Shown: in pieces, positions 12,414 through 25,089 of the stretch
Layout: each line of letters starts with the position of its first letter
How positions within the stretch are numbered: the first letter of the stretch is position 1
Notes under the pieces: model-generated
Databases searched by the model: none
What the model was told of the DNA's origin: nothing
Seen by the model: the letters and a program-made list of their open reading frames with translations, nothing else
DNA from: Hypanus sabinus
Lineage: Eukaryota
Direction: 5' to 3'
Length of the DNA stretch: 64,000 nt
NCBI RefSeq assembly: GCF_030144855.1
Contig: NC_082711.1
Coordinates: 70,742,001-70,806,000 of the forward strand
Made by a program: the position numbers and the translations under genes

Positions 12414-13333
12414 CAGTCAGCCCTCCTTATCTGCGAGGGATTGGTTCTGGGACCCCTCAGGGAGACCAAAAATCGCAGATGCTCAAGTCCCTTATTCAAC
12501 CTGTCTCAATGCGGTGGACCATAGGACCCAGCGGAACCTCAGACCTTATTTAACATGTCTCAGTGTGGAGGACATTAGGACCCGGCAGTGCAGCTCTGAA
12601 TCCACAGTGTTTCTGTTCATGAAAATAATCATGATCACGATTGAAAATAAAGTGGAAATAATAAAGCGATTGGAAAGAGGTGAAACACCATTGGTTACTG
12701 GAAAAAAGTTAGGCTACATCAGTCAACGACTGGAACAATTTTAAAAGATAAAGTGAGAAAGGCCCTGCCCCGATGAAAGCTAGAATTATTACTAAGCAAC
12801 ACAGTGGTTTTATTATTGGGTTTTGGGGTTTTGAGTTTTTGATCCTCCACATCAACCTAGCACAAATGGAGAGTGCACTTGATAGCGATCTGTCACTGGA
12901 TCGAACTCGCGAACTTCCATTCCCGAGCCTGGCGCTGAAACATACGTTCTTAAGTGTTTTATATGCATAGAAAGGTAAAATATATACTATATACTAAGAC
13001 AAACGTTTGATTAACTGACGTTAAATAATACCAGATGTACCTGTTCCGACTTACTTCGTAAGAGAACTTCCAATTTTTTTCGATCCCAATCCACGATAAC
13101 CCACACACATCCTCCCGTATACTCTAAATCATCTCTAGATTACTTACAATACCTAATACAATGTAAATGCTATGTAAAATAGTTATTACATTGCATTGTT
13201 TACCGAATAATGACAAGAAAAAAAGTCTGTACATGCTCGAAAAACAAGTGCTGGAAGAGCACTTCTGGGTTTTCTCGATTCGCAGTTGGTTGAATTCGCG
13301 GATGCGGAACTCGCGGATAAGGAGGGCCGACTG
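12414..13333 (+). mobile_element. Internally deleted Tigger/pogo DNA transposon
   Basis: TIRs CAGTCAGCCCTCCTTATCTGCGAG ... CTCGCGGATAAGGAGGGCCGACTG-TA; transposase N-terminal HTH relic ITIENKVEIIKRLERGE (12514 ORF). Confidence 0.9.
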
Positions 13334-15914
13334 TATACAAATTGTATCCTAAGGATAGTCAGGTAGGCAGAGGGGTATGAGAAGCTCGGTAGAGAAAAAT
13401 GAAATCAGATCCTTAAATAGAGGTGACATAGGATTGGGAGGGGATAGAATCCTTGTGGGTAGAGTTAAGACACTACAAGGGTAAAAAGACCCTGATGGGA
13501 GTTATATATAGGCTTCATAACAGTGGTCAGGATGCGGGATATAAATTGAAACAGAAGATAGAAAAGTCATATAATAAAGACAATGTTTATTCATGGGGGA
13601 TTTCAATATGCAGGTAGATTGGGAAAATCAGATTGGTGTTGGATCCCAAGAGAGGAAATCTGTAGAATAATTATGAGTATTATGCATCAGTCTTCTCTGT
13701 GGAAGTCACTAGCAGTGTGCTAGAAATTTGAGAGGCTCAGGGGCTGAAATGAGTAGAGTTGCAATTACTAAGGAGAAGATGCTTGGAAAACTGAAATTCT
13801 GAAGGTACACAAGTCCCCTGGATCAGATGTAACACACCCCAGGGTTCTGAAAGAGGCATTTCAAGAATCACTTGATTCTGGAATGTTTCTGGAGGACTGA
13901 AAATTTGCGAATATCACTCCACTCTTTAAGAAGGGAGGAAGGCAAAAAAAAAAGGAAATTATAGGCCAGTTAGCCTTACATCAGTTGTTGGCAAGAATTT
14001 GGAGTATCTTGCCTGGAAAATCTGTTCAAATTCTTTGAGGAAATAATAGGCAGGATAGACAAAAGAGAGTCAGTGAATGTTGGTTATTTGTATTTTCAGA
14101 AAGCCTTTGACAAGGTGCCACACATGAGGCTGCTTAACAAGATAAAACCCTACATTATTACAGGAAAGATGCGAGCATGGATATAAGACTGGCTGACTGA
14201 CAGGAGGAACTGAGTGAGAATATTGTGTTTGGTTGATGATGACCAACCAAGGTTCTGCAGATGTTGGTATTGGGACTGCTTCTTTTCACATTATACGTCC
14301 GTTACTTGGATGATGGAATTGATGAGCTTGCAGATAATACAAAGATAGGTAGAGGGACAGGTAGTATTGCAGAAGCTAGGGAGCCAGCAGATAGACTTAG
14401 CTTGGGAGAATGGGAAAATAAGTGTGAGATGGAATATAGATAGTGCTGGGAAATAATTGGTGATGCACTTTGGCAGAAGGAATAAAGGCATAGACTATTT
14501 TGTAAACGGGGAGAAAGTTCAAAAATCAGTGGTGCAAAGGGACTTGGGAGTCCTTGAGCAGGAATCCCTAAAGATTGCAGGTTGAGTCAGTGGTAAGGAA
14601 GGCAAATGCAACGTTAGCATTCATTTTGAGAGGAATAGAATATAAAAGCAAGGATATGATGCTCAGGATTTGTAAGACACTGCTGAGGCCTCACAAAGTG
14701 TTGTGAGCAGGTTTGGACCCCTTACCTGAGAAAAGACGTACTGTACTAGCATTGGAGAGGATCCAGAGGAGGTTCATGAGCAGGATTCCAGGAAAGAAAG
14801 GAGTAACATATGAGGAACATTTGATGGCTCTGGGCGTGGATTTGCTAGAGTTTATAAGAATGAGGGCAGGATCTCTTTGAATTAGAAAGGCCAAGATAGA
14901 GTGGATGTGGAGAGGTTGTCCATATAGTGTGTGACTCTATGACCAGATAGAGGGATGTCCATTTAGAACAGAAATGAGGAGGAATTTCTTTAGCCACTGG
15001 ATGGTGAATCTGTGGAATTCATTGCCATAGACAACAGTGGAGGCCAAGTCATTGAGTATATTTATAGTGGAGGTTAATTGATTCTTGATTAGTCAGGGTA
15101 TCAAAGGTTATGCGAAGAAGGTATGAGAAAAGGGTTGAGAGAGGTATACAAATCTGCTGTGATGAAATGACAGAGCAGAATTGATGGGCCAGATGGCTTA
15201 ATTTTACTCCTATGTCCTAAGGTCTTATCTGTAAAAGCCATGTTATGGTAATACTGAGAAAAATAACTCACAAGATATATTTGCAGAGAATATGCTAAAT
15301 GTCGTCAACAGAACACAAAAATAGGCTGTTCTGTACAAATGGCCTGAACTGGTGTTTATATTTCATTTGCCTCTTTTCAGCCTGTCAATATGTCGTTCTA
15401 TTCCTTTTTCCCACAAGTACCTGTTTGGTTTCTTTTTGAAGTACCTAGGTATTTATCTCAACCACTTTCCATGGTATAAAGTCCTATGTTCCAATGACAC
15501 TCTTGAATTAACAAATTACTTTCTGCTTACTTGTTCTGCTGACACTCCTTTTAATATTTTGCCCATTTGGATCAGTGGATCTCTTTGCTCATTTAATCAA
15601 GTTTTTTTTATTGTTTCATGCCAAGTAAATTCATTTCATCTTTGTTAAAGGGCTCATTAGATTTCTATAGTATTCTCCTGGTACGGAGCTGTTAAATGCA
15701 CAGGAACAAAATGATTAAGTTGCTAGACTGATATCGGACACTTGGACTATTGTTCCAAAGAAATTAGTTTGAATACCACCAGGCAGCCAGTGATCTTACA
15801 GTGCCATAATTAAAAATAAAAATGACTCTGAGCAATGGTGATTTCACAACTGCACATTTGGTGAAAAATATACATCCCTCATGGAGGGAAATCTGACAAT
15901 TTAATAAACTCCAG

Positions 15915-16040
15915 CTGACCAAGAAAGGGTCTCGTCACGCTCTGAAGTGTCACTGACCGGAACTTTTTTCTTTCTACAGATGCGACCTGACTAACTGAAT
16001 TCTTACAGCTTTCCTGTTTCTGTTTCAGAATCAGCAGAAC
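15915..16040 (+). repeat. Decayed Penelope terminal repeat
   Basis: AAGGGTCTCG...GATGCGACCTGAC..CTGAATTC pattern shared with other copies. Confidence 0.55.
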
Positions 16041-16299
16041 TTGTTCTCCATTCCTAGCAGTTGCTTGGATTCAGACCCTCCTAACTGTTACCCATGACCC
16101 CAATTCTGGGCTATTTGTTCCAATGCTGAGGAATTAATATTAATTAAGAATGCCAGTGCTTCCAACACTGACCATTCTGGAACACCCCTTTCACACTTCC
16201 TGCAGCCTGAATGGTCTCTTTTTCACACACAGTTCAAGGCATTGTTATAAAACTAGCAGTTGTTATGAAACTTTTCAATGTAACAAACTGAAGATATAT

Positions 16300-16950
16300 G
16301 GTTTATGGGAGAGGTAACAGATTAAATACAACATAGATAAGTGTATGGCAATAATTTTTTGAAGTCAGCGAGAAAATAGCACAATTCTGAACAGGATTGA
16401 GAACTTAGACACTGGGCACATTCGCGCACATATCCTTTAAGGAAACTATTAATGAGGCAATTAATAAAGAATATGGGATCCTGGCAGGGCTGCATAAAGT
16501 ATAGTTACAAGTATTGCTAAACCTATATCAAAAATTGGATGACAGTGTGGGCTGTGAGAAGAATGCAGAGAGGACTTAGGGAGAGATAAATGAGTCAAAC
16601 ATGCTGATAGAAAATAATATGCAAAATGTGAGATCATCAACTGGCAGAAATATTAGAAAGGTGGATTTTTTGTTTCAAATGCTTCAAAGGCATTGGTGTT
16701 CAGAGGGACCTGGCTGGTTTTGGACATGAATCGCTGAAGGTTAATAGGAGAAATAGCAACAATTACAAAGACAAATGGTACTTCAACTGTCATTGCACAA
16801 AGTGCAAAAGCTGAGAGAGTTTCCTTTGATCCTATCAAGCCCTGATGAGACCACATTGTGATTTCCCAGTTGAAGCTTGGGATGGGTTTATGCAGCAATA
16901 AAGTGGGTTGTTCCCATGAGGAGAAATTAAACAGATCAAGCCCCCTGTAA
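16300..16950 (+). mobile_element. Very old CR1 RT fragment
   Basis: Decayed QRDLG/ALMRPH/EEKLNR-type segments. Confidence 0.5.
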
Positions 16951-17923
16951 TGCAGGAAATTCTTAACCACAAGCAGCTCTAAAAAGCCATCTCGTAGGCA
17001 CTCCTGGAATCCATTGCCAACCTGATTTTCCCGATCTACCTGCACATTGAAGTTCCCCCATGACTACTGTAACATTGCCCTTTTGGCACTCTTTTGGATT
17101 TCCCATTGTAATTTGTAGGCCACATCCTTACTACTTCTTGGAGGTCTGTATACAACTCCCATCAGGGTCTTTATACTCTTGCATTTCCTTAGCTCTATCC
17201 ACAATGATTCAACACCTTCCATTCTTATGTCACCTCTTTTTAATGATTTGATTTCATTTTTCATCAACAAAGCAACGTAACACCCCCCCCCCCCCCCGCC
17301 TTCCTGACTATCCTTTCGATACCTGTGTATCCTTGGACATTAAGCTGCCAGTTTAATGTCCTCTTTTAGTCACGATTCAGTAATGCTTACAACTTCATAC
17401 ATGCCAATCTGCAACCGTACTGCAAGTTCATCTAAATTATTCCGTATATTGTGCGCATTCAGATACAACACTTTTAGTCCTGCATATACACTTCTCGATT
17501 TTGCTCAACCTTTTGATTCTTAACTTTCTCTGAAGTCTTACCAACATCTGCCTCCACAACCTCTCCACTGACAGTTCTGGCACTCTGGTTCCCATCCCCC
17601 TGCAACTCTAGTCTAGTTGTAGGTAGGCCGAGACAGTCGGACCTACCTGGACAGTACCTGAGGAGGAAGGTAAAACTGCACAGGCGCGGGTGATGTCAGT
17701 GGCGAGCGCGGGGTTTAAAAAGAGGCCCAATTTTAGGAGCGGGCAGTGTCGGTGCGGGCAGCGGAGTGCGCGGGAGCAAGGAGTGCTGGCTTTGGCTCAG
17801 TGGGCTTCGGCGCAAGGGGACCGGTGAGAGGAAATCAGTGAGCCTGAGTACGTGCTTGCTGAGGTAAAAAGGTAAGGTCAGTAGGTACTTTTTTCATTTA
17901 TTCTGACTAATCTGGGATCAGGT

Positions 17924-18865
17924 ATGGGGGAGACTGTCAGAGCTGTGGTGTGGTCCGTATGCAGTATGTGGGAGGTCAGGGTCAACACAGCTGTCTCTGA
18001 TGACCACACCTGCAAAAGGTGCATCCAGCTGCAGCTCCTATCAGCCCGAGTTAGGTAATTGGAGCAGGAGCTGGATGAACTACGGATCATTTGGGAGGCA
18101 GAGGCAGAGATAGATAGGAGTTATCAGGAGGTAGTCACACCGAAAAGACAGGAGGCAGGCAAATGGATGACAGTCAAGAGAGGCAGGGGGAGCAGACAGA
18201 GAGAGCAGAACACCCCTGTGGCCGTTCCCATCAACAATAAGTATACAGTTTTGGATACTGTTGGTGGGGATGACCTACCAAGAACAAGTTGCAGTGGTCC
18301 TGTCTCTGGCACTGAGATTGGACCCTCGACTAAGAAGGGGAGGAGGGAAGAGAAGAGAGCGGTAGTGATTGGGGATTCTATAGTCAGGGGGGCGGATAGG
18401 AGATTTTGTGGGGAAGAACGGGAGTCTCGGATGGTATGTTGCCTCCCTGGTGCCGGGGTCTGGGACATCTCAGATCGGGTGCAGGTTATTCTCGAGAGGG
18501 AGAGCAAGAACCCAGGTGTTGTGGTCCATGTAGGGACCAACGACGTGGGTAGGATGAGTGAGGGGGTCCTGTGTAGTGTGTTCAGGGAGTTAGGTGCAAA
18601 GCTGAAGGGCAGGACCTCCAGGGTAACAATCTCAGGATTGTTACCTGTGCCACGTGCGAGTGAGGCAAGGAACAGAAGGATTAAGCAGATTAATACGTGG
18701 CTGAGAGGATGGTGCAGGAGGGAGGGCTTCAGGTTTTTAGATAATTGGGCTTTGTTCCAGGGAAGATGGGATCTGTTCCAACGGGATGGTTTACACCTGA
18801 ACTGGAGCGGTACTAACATTCTTGCAGGAAAATTTGCAAGTGCTTCTCGGAAGGATTTAAACTAA
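17924..18865 (+). pseudogene. CR1 ORF1p (Cys/zinc-finger region, coiled coil, SGNH esterase) with one premature stop
   Basis: ATG 17924 is in frame with ORF 18059-18865 across TAA 18056-18058; motifs CSMW..HTCKRC, VIGDSIVR, VHVGTND, DGLHL. Confidence 0.9.
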
Positions 18866-18973
18866 ATTTGCAGGGGGCAGGGATCCAGAATGCGTGAGAG
18901 GATAGCGAGATGAAGAATAAAGGACAGGCGGGGACTACACGGCTGTGGAATATTAAGAGTGTAGTAGAGAAAG

Positions 18974-21520
18974 GTGAGAGAAATAGAGTCTGTGTGGATA
19001 GAACTGAGGAACAGGAAGGGCAAAAAGACCCAAATGGGTGTTGTCTACAGGCCAACAAACAATAGCATGGATATTGGATGCAAGTTGAATAGGGAGTTAA
19101 TATTGGCATGTGGCAAAGGTAATGTCGCAGTAGTTATGGGGGATTTCAACATGCAAGTGAACTGGGAGAATCAGGTTGGTGCTGGACCACAAGATAGGGA
19201 GTTTGTAGAGTGCCTATGGGATGCATTCTTGGAACAGCTTGTACGAAAGCCGACCAGGGACAAGGCTATTCTGGATTTAGTGTTGTGTAATGAACAGGAT
19301 TTGATAAGCGATCTTGAAGTAAAGGAGCCATTAGGAGGTAGTGACCATAATATGATAAGTTTTTATCTGCAATTTGAGAAGGATAAGGGCAGATCAGAGG
19401 TGTCAGTGTTGCAGTTGAACAAAGGAGACTATGGATCCATGAGGGAGGAGCTGGCTAAAGTTAACTGGACGGTTATCCTACCAGAAAAGACAGTGGAACA
19501 GCAATGGCAGGTATTCTTGGGAATAATGCACAAGGTGCAAAATCAGTTCATCCCCCGGAGAAGGAAGGATTCAAAGGGGGGAAAGGGGCCACAGTGGTTG
19601 ACAAAGGAAGTCAGAGATTGCATAGCATTAAAAAAAAGGAAGATTGACAGAGCTAAGGTGAGTGGGAGGACAGATGATTGGGAAATTTTTAAGGAACAGC
19701 AGAACTTAACTAAAAGGCAATACGGGGAGAAAAAATGAGGTATGAATGCAAGCTAGCCAGGAATATAAAGGAGGATAGCAAAAGCTTTTTTAGGTATGTG
19801 AAGAGAAAGAAGATAGTTAAGAACAATGTTGGGCCCTTGAAGAATGAATTGGGTGAAATTGTTATGGGAAACAGAGAAATGGCAGAAGAATTTAATAAGT
19901 ACTTTAGATCTGTCTTCACTAGGGAAGACACAAGCAATCTCCCAGATGTATGGATGGGCCAAGGACATAGGGTAACAGAGGAAATGAAACAGATTGACAT
20001 TAGGAAGGAAACGGTGATGAGTAGACTGATGGGACTGAAGGCTGACAAATCCCCAGGTCCAGATGGTCTGCATCCTAGGGTACTAAAGGAGGTGGCCCTG
20101 GAAATTGCGGATGCATTGGTAATAATCTTCCAATGTTCCTTAGATTCAGGATCAGTTCCTGAGGATTGGAGAATGGCTAATGTTATCCCACTTTTTAAGA
20201 AAGGAGGGAGGGAGAAAACAGAGAACTATCGTCTTGTTAGCTTAATATCAGTAGTGGGGAAGATGCTAGAGTCCATTATTAAAGATGAAATAGTGGCATA
20301 TTTAGATAGCAGTGATAAGATTGGGCCGAGCCAGCATGGATTTACCAAGGGCAAATCATGCTTGACTAATCTATTGGAGTTTTTCGAGGATGTAACCAGG
20401 AAGTTAGACAATGGAGATCCAGTGGATGTAGTGTACCTTGATTTTCAGAAGGCATTTGATAAGGTCCCACATAGGAGATTGGTGGGAAAAAATCAGAGCT
20501 CATGGCATTGGGGGGAAGATATTGACATGGATAGAAAACTGGTTGGCAGATAGAAAGCAAAGGGTAACGGTGAATGGGTGTTTCTCGGAATGGCAGGTGG
20601 TGACTAGTGGGGTGTCACAGGGCTCGGTATTGGGACCACAGCTGTTTACGATTTACATCAATGATTTAGTTGAAGGCATTGAGAATAACATCAGCAAGTT
20701 TGCTGATGATACTAAACTGGGTGGCAGTGTGACATGTGATGAGGATGTTAGGAGAATTCAGGGTGACTTGGATAGGCTGGGTGAGTGGGCAGATACTTGG
20801 AAGATGATGTTTAATGTGAATAAGTGTGAGGTTATCCACCTTGGGAGTAAGAACAGGAAGGCAGATTATCATCTGAACTGTGTAGAGTTAGGTAAGGGAG
20901 AAATACAAAGAGATCTAGGAGTCCTTGTTCATCAATCGCTGAAGATGAATGAGCAAGTACAGCAGGCAGTGAAGAAGGCTAATGGAATGTTGCCCTTTAT
21001 TACAAAGGGAATTGAGTACAAGAGCAAGGAAATCCTTTTGCATTTGTACAGGGCCCTGGTGAGACCACACCTGGAGTATTGTGTACAGTTTTGGTCTCCA
21101 GGGTTAAGGAAGGACATCCTGGCTATAGAGGAAGTGCAGCGTAGATTCACGAGGTTAATTCCTGGGATGTCCGGACTGTCTTATGCAGAGAGGTTAGAGA
21201 GTCTGGGCTTGTACATGCTGGAATTAAGGAGATTGAGAGGGGATCTGTTTGCAACATATAAGATTATTAAGGGATTGGACAAGATAGAGGCAGGAAATAT
21301 GTTCCAGATGCATGGTTTGAGAATAAGGGGTAGGTCATTTAGGACAGAGTTAAGGAAAAACTTCTCCCAGAGAGTTGTGGGGGTCTGGAATGCACTGCCT
21401 CGGAAGGCAGTGGAGGCCACTTCCCTGGATGCTTTCAAGAAGGAGCTAGATAGGTATCTTATGGATAGGGGAATCAAGGGTTATGGGGACCGGGTATTGA
21501 TAGTGGATGATCAGCCATGA
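18974..21520 (+). pseudogene. CR1 ORF2p (AP endonuclease plus reverse transcriptase), disrupted
   Basis: GVVYRP, MGDFN, LDLVL, GSDH, KSPGPDG, DFQKAFDKVPH, QGSVLGP, KFADDTK; frameshifts near 19735 and 20490; endonuclease N-terminus deleted near 18975. Confidence 0.92.
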
Positions 21521-22228
21521 TCTCAAAATGGCGTTGCAGGCTTGAAGGGCCGAATGGTCTACTTCTGCACCTATTGTCTATTGTCTAAACCCCACTGTGC
21601 AGCATTAACAGACCTTTCTGCTAGGATATTAGTCCCCCTCTGGTGCAAACCGTCCTGACTGTACAGGTCCCACCTTCCCTGGAAGAGAGCCCAATGATCC
21701 AAAAATCTTATGTCCTCCCTCCGACACCAACTCCTTAGTCTTGTGTTAAACTGTATAATCTTCCTATTCTGGCCTCACTAGTATGAGATATGGGTAGCAA
21801 TTGTAAGATCACAACCTTGGACGTCCTGCCATTTACCTTCCCTGAACTCCCAATGCAGAACCTCACCAAGCGTCCTACCTCTGTCATTGGTACCTACATG
21901 GATCACGACTTCTAGTTGTTCACCATCCCACTTGAGAATGCTGAGGACTTGATCTGAGATATCTGGACCTTTGTACCTGGGAGGCAAAATACCATCCGGG
22001 TATCTCAATATTGCCCACACAACGCACTGTCCACTCCCCTAACTAACAAATCCCCTATCACCATAGCATGCCTCTTCTACACCCTCCCTTCCCATCTGAG
22101 TCATGGTGGCAGACTCAGGGGCAGAAACCCAAGCACTGTGATTTTCCTCTATTAGCCCCCCCCCCCAACTGCCCTAACATTATTCAAAGTCTACAACTGT
22201 TGTTGAGGGGGATGGCCACAGGGGTACT

Positions 22229-22712
22229 TGTATCCAGAGATACCGGCCATGTGATAGATGCACTGCCACCTGGCTGGTTGGAGGACACACCACATGCCAA
22301 TCAACATTTGGTCCGCCCTAACTAATCAATGCACACCTAAATTATTGGTCACCTTAATTGGATTATTGCGCCCAGCCCCATGGTTTAAAAGGTGAGACTT
22401 AGCCTTGGCTTGCCCTCTCTTACAGACCACCACATTGGAGGTAAGTGCACTGATTTATGCTTGGGAAGGTCTATCGTTTGTCCTGGTAAGGGAGCTGCAG
22501 CTATCCAAGGTCAAGGGGGATAGCCGTTGTAGTGCTTTTCCCTTGTTCTTTGTTTGTGTAACCGTACCCTGTCCCCACACCGCTTCCTGTGTATTGTAGT
22601 TACTTGTGTTGACCCGACTTCCCCTTGTAAATAAATTCCTTATTATTAAAACTGTGTGTGTCCAGGCCTCTACTGTTGAGACTCAAAGAACCAGTTATTT
22701 TCCATCACAACA
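22229..22712 (+). mobile_element. Solo LTR (484 bp)
   Basis: TG...CA ends; 5-bp TSD GTACT (22224-22228, 22713-22717); TTTAAAA near 22384; AATAAA at 22629; the host CR1 rejoins cleanly. Confidence 0.85.
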
Positions 22713-22783
22713 GTACTCTGCACTGGCTCCTTAATTCCTTTTCTTTTCCTGACTGACACCCAGTTTCCTGTGCCCTGCACCTT

Positions 22784-24606
22784 AGACCATCAGGCCATAA
22801 GACATAGGAGCAGAATTAGACCATAGAGCCCATCGAGTCTGTTGCGCCATTTCATCATGGCTGATCCCGATCGCACTCAACCCTATATACCTGCCTTCTC
22901 ACCATATCGTTTGATGCCCTGACCTATCAACTCCATTTTTACCTAAATACACCCACAGACTTGGCCTCCACCACAGTCTGTGGCAGAGCAGTCTACAGAT
23001 TTCCTATTCTCTGGTTAAAATGTTTTCCTTACCTCTTTTATAAAGGGTCACTCCACAATTTTGAGGCTGTGCACAATAATTCTGGATACCCCCACCATAG
23101 GAAACGTCCTCTTCACATTCACCCTATCTGGTTCTTTCAACATTTGGTAGGTCTCAATAAGATCCTCCCACATTCTTCTAAAATTCAGTGAGTACAGGCC
23201 TAAAGCTGCCAAATTCTCCTCATATGTTAACCCATTCATTCCTGGAATCATCCTTGTGAACCTCCTCTGGACTCTTTCAATGACAACACATCCTTTCTGA
23301 GATATGGGGCCAAAACTGTTGACAGTACTCCAAGTGCAGCCTGACTAGTGTCTTATAAAGTTTCAGCATTATCTCCTTGTTTTTATATTCTATTCACCTT
23401 GAAATAAATGCCAACATTGTACTTGCCACCTTTACCACAGTCTCAATGTGTAAATTAATCTTCTGGGAGTCTTGCATGAGGACTCCTATGTCCCTTTGCA
23501 CCTCTGATGTTTGAACTTTCTCCCCATTTATATAACAGTCCACACTATTGTTCCTTTAACCAAAATGCATTATCATACATTCCCCAACATTGTATTCCAT
23601 CTGCCACATTTTTCCCACTTTTCTAATTTATTTTATCCTGCTGTAATCTCATTGCTTCCTCAGCACTACCTACCTCTCCACTAATCTTTATATCATCTGC
23701 AAACTTTGCCACAAAGCCATCAATTCCATGATCCAAATCACTTAATAAATAATGTGAAAAGTACCAGTCCCAATACTGACCCCTGAGGAACACCACTAGT
23801 CACCAGCAGCCAACCAGAAAAAGATGCCCTTACTTCCACTTGCTGCTTCCTGGCTGTCAGCCATTCCTCTATCCATGCCAGTTTCTTTCCTGTAATGCCA
23901 TGGGATTTTACCTTGTTCAGCAGCCTCATGTGTGGGCCCCTTGTCAAACGTCTTCTGGAAATCCAAGTAAATGACATCCATCCTGGCTTGTTACTTCCTC
24001 GAAGAACTAACAGATTTGTTAGGCAAGATTTCCCTTTACAGAAACCATGCTGACTTTGACTTATTTTATCGTTAGTCTCCAAGTGCCTTGAAACTACATC
24101 CTAAATAATGGACTCCAGCACTTCCCAACCACTGTTAGGCTAACTGACCAATCATCTCCCTGCTTTTGCCTCTCTCATTCTGAAAGGGTGGAGTGACATT
24201 TGAGTTTGCCTAGCACTTTTTCCTTTGTAATAGTAATTGCACTCACTCCTGCTCCCTGACAGTCATGGACCTCTGGCACACTGCTAGTGTCTTCCACTGT
24301 GAAGACAGATGCAAAGTACCCATTAAGGTCACCTGCCATTTCTTTATACCCCATTACTACCTCCTGAGAGAGGTTGCTGAAGAACTATCGGATGCATTGG
24401 TCATGATCTTTCAAGAATACCTCATGCTTTATATTATCGGCTAGTTTGCCTTCATATTTCTTCTTTTCCCTTATAGCTTTTTTAGTTGCCTTTTGTTGGA
24501 TTTTAAAAGCTTCCCAATCACCCAACTTCCCACTCACTTTTGCTATCTTATATGCTCTTTCCTTGGCTTTATGCAGTTCTTAACTTCTCGTCAGTCACGG
24601 TTGCCT
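22784..24606 (-). mobile_element. 5'-truncated CR1 LINE
   Basis: Antisense QHGFCKGKSCLTNLL, GVPQGSVLG, LGLYSL; (CTTATGG)-type tail at the left; ACCTT at both junctions (22779-22783, 24607-24611). Confidence 0.9.
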
Positions 24607-25089
24607 ACCTTGGGTGTAACTATCTCTCTCTATGTCCTATCTATCACCCCTACTGCCTCCTGAATGATTTGGAGTTCATCCCGTTTTCAGCTCCAACTCG
24701 TTTGTGAGGTTGGTTAGAAGTTGCCGCTGGATGCACTTCTCGCTGTTGTAGTCATCGGGGACACTGGAGGTCTCTCTGACTTCCTATATCCCGCTAGAGG
24801 AGCATTGCACTGTCCTGTCTGTCAGCTGTACCTAGTTGAGCAGCTAGTTTGTATGTACATGCTTTAACAACTTAAATTCTCAATTAATTTATTCATTCTT
24901 TAATATTCAATTTTATTCATACTGCTACCACACTACATCACAGTTTCTAATCATTATCTATTTTCTTTCTTTAATGTACCCTGATTCTTTTGCTATTACT
25001 TTTCTGTAAAGTCTTATGACTAGCCAGTATATGAATTTAACATCTTATTTATGGCCCTAATTATCCTTTCTATAAAACTCTATTCCCAG

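Larger units (their letters stand above)
10110..15230 (+). mobile_element. Old near-full-length CR1 LINE carrying several nested insertions
   Basis: ORF1 relic ECPSSETWDF..YICGKRIQLQLL (10303 ORF); esterase relic at 10700-11520; EN relic at 12280-13670; RT relic at 13960-14900; 3'UTR to about 15230. Confidence 0.9.
17616..21587 (+). mobile_element. Near-full-length young CR1 LINE
   Basis: CpG-rich 5'UTR, ORF1, ORF2 and (CTATTGT)n tail; GTCTA at both junctions (17611-17615, 21583-21587); same subfamily as 4770-6160. Confidence 0.95.
16955..24830 (-). mobile_element. Old CR1 (ORF1 plus EN start) split by three later insertions
   Basis: Pieces 16955-17615 (VESLWIELR, GVVYRPP), 21588-22228 (VIHVGTND), 22713-22783 and 24607-24830 join collinearly once the inserts are removed. 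Confidence 0.85.

Noticed and set aside
14718-14738. Minus-strand CTTTTCTCAG|GTAAGG, another acceptor/donor juxtaposition
   Set aside because: It is the antisense of CR1 coding sequence (PYLRKD); it shows such motifs can arise incidentally.
18124-18819. 231-aa minus-strand ORF and similar antisense ORFs (5351-5671, 19710-20073, 56966-57364)
   Set aside because: Antisense shadows of CR1 coding sequence with no independent protein motifs.
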